Origin: Raillietiella orientalis
Taxonomy: Eukaryota
Direction of reading: 5' to 3'
Assembly (NCBI GenBank): GCA_036172245.1
Contig: JAYWIR010000074.1
Span: forward strand, 310,001-374,000
DNA: 64,000 nucleotides
Part shown: positions 63,133 to 64,000 of the stretch, piece by piece
How the letters are laid out: every line of letters begins with the position of its first letter
How positions within the stretch are numbered: the first letter of the stretch is position 1
Notes under the pieces: generated by a model
Databases searched by the model: none
What the model was told of the DNA's origin: nothing
What the model saw: only the letters and a program-made list of their open reading frames with translations
Program-made: the position numbers and the translations under genes

Positions 63133-63372
63133 TCCCTTCCCGGCCCTCCAAACTTTTTTTTTTTTGTGGTTTGTTTTTCTATTTTCTTTTATTTTTCTTT
63201 TTTCCCCCATCCCCCTCCACTGCCGAGGAGAGCCACACCGGGCTGCGTCCCGGTGTCACGGCAGTTCCGGTATTGCGTGGCCGTCAGTGGGGCCTTGTAC
63301 CACGTTCTGTATTGACCGTTGAAATGTTTTTAATAAACGTCCCGGCGTATCCGGGTGGCATCGCCGAATCCC

Positions 63373-64000
63373 TTGGCGAGTGGACGTGTGTTTCCTTCGC
63401 TCCCGAGTGAGTCGACAGGAAGCGGTTTTTTTCTATTGTTGTTTTGTGTGGAACATCGTTGGTGTCCGATGGCAGCGATGCCTGCGGACACAACGATGGA
63501 GGTAGGTGTGGGGGAGGCTTGCCCACCCCCACAGCCTACAGAATCAGGGGCGTCCGCCCCGGAATCGCCCTCGCCGCTCAAGGCGAGGAGCTGGAGCGCC
63601 ATGGTGGCCGCGCCGAGCGCGGAAACCATGGCCGAGATGGCGGCCTACCGGGCAGCTGGGTACAAGCCCAGCTTGGTTTACCAGGTAGGCAATCTCTTTG
63701 ACGGGCGAACTGTACGCGCTTTTTCGAAAGCGCTGCAGAACGCAAACGTGTTGGAAAAGGACCTTGACGGTCTATCCGTGCTAAGCGGGGGTCAGCGCGT
63801 TGAGGTTGTCTGCAAGGACATCACCTTGGCGCAAAGCTTGATAACCACCCCGCTGAACGTGGACGGACGCAAGATCCTACCAGTCACGATGGACCGCTCC
63901 GTAGTGGTCCATCTGACAGGGATCACCAGCCGCATGACGCGGTCTGCGGTTGGTGATCAGTTAAGAAAGTACGGGGATGTTCACGCGCCTTGGCCAAAGG
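63373..64000 (+). mobile_element. E18: 5' end of an RGFG-targeting element, ORF1 from ATG 63469, runs off the window
   Basis: GGACGTG at 63382; ORF1 start nearly identical to E7. Confidence 0.88.

Larger units (their letters stand above)
51897..63361 (+). mobile_element. E16: full-length RGFG-targeting element split by E17 (pieces 51897-54634 and 60412-63361)
   Basis: Flanks CGCCGAAAGCC (51886-51896) / CGCCGAATCCC (63362-63372); both ORFs open apart from the insertion. Confidence 0.88.

Noticed and set aside
63150..63205. T/A-rich tracts as poly(A) tails
   Set aside because: They are T-rich on the element's sense strand and lie just after the ORF2 stop, well upstream of AATAAA

Overview
The whole 64-kb window is a eukaryotic nest of about 18 copies or fragments of L1/Tx1-like non-LTR retrotransposons (numbered E1-E18 here). 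ORF1 carries two CCHC zinc knuckles; ORF2 has an APE endonuclease, a YADD reverse transcriptase and a C-terminal CxxC..H..C motif. I see no host genes. The nest is ordered: elements are inserted into each other's ORF2 at a few recurrent, sequence-specific sites in conserved coding motifs (RGFG linker, RT DLxKAFD, and four single-use sites). All 12 host/insert junctions I could resolve are antisense to the host, with 11-14 bp target-site duplications (TSDs) where both ends are visible, and head-to-tail tandems arise at the regenerated target. Shared cis features: (1) a poly(A)-less 3' end of AATAAA plus a CCGG hairpin; (2) a DPE-like GGACGTG about 10 nt inside the 5' end, which in the KAFD-targeting family sits exactly +28 from an Inr-like CAGT supplied by the target; (3) an overlapping ORF1-stop/ORF2-start, which is TAATG/TGATG in some families but TAACA (non-AUG) in the RGFG-targeting family. 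Coordinates were read by eye and may be off by a few bases. The host organism cannot be identified from this window.
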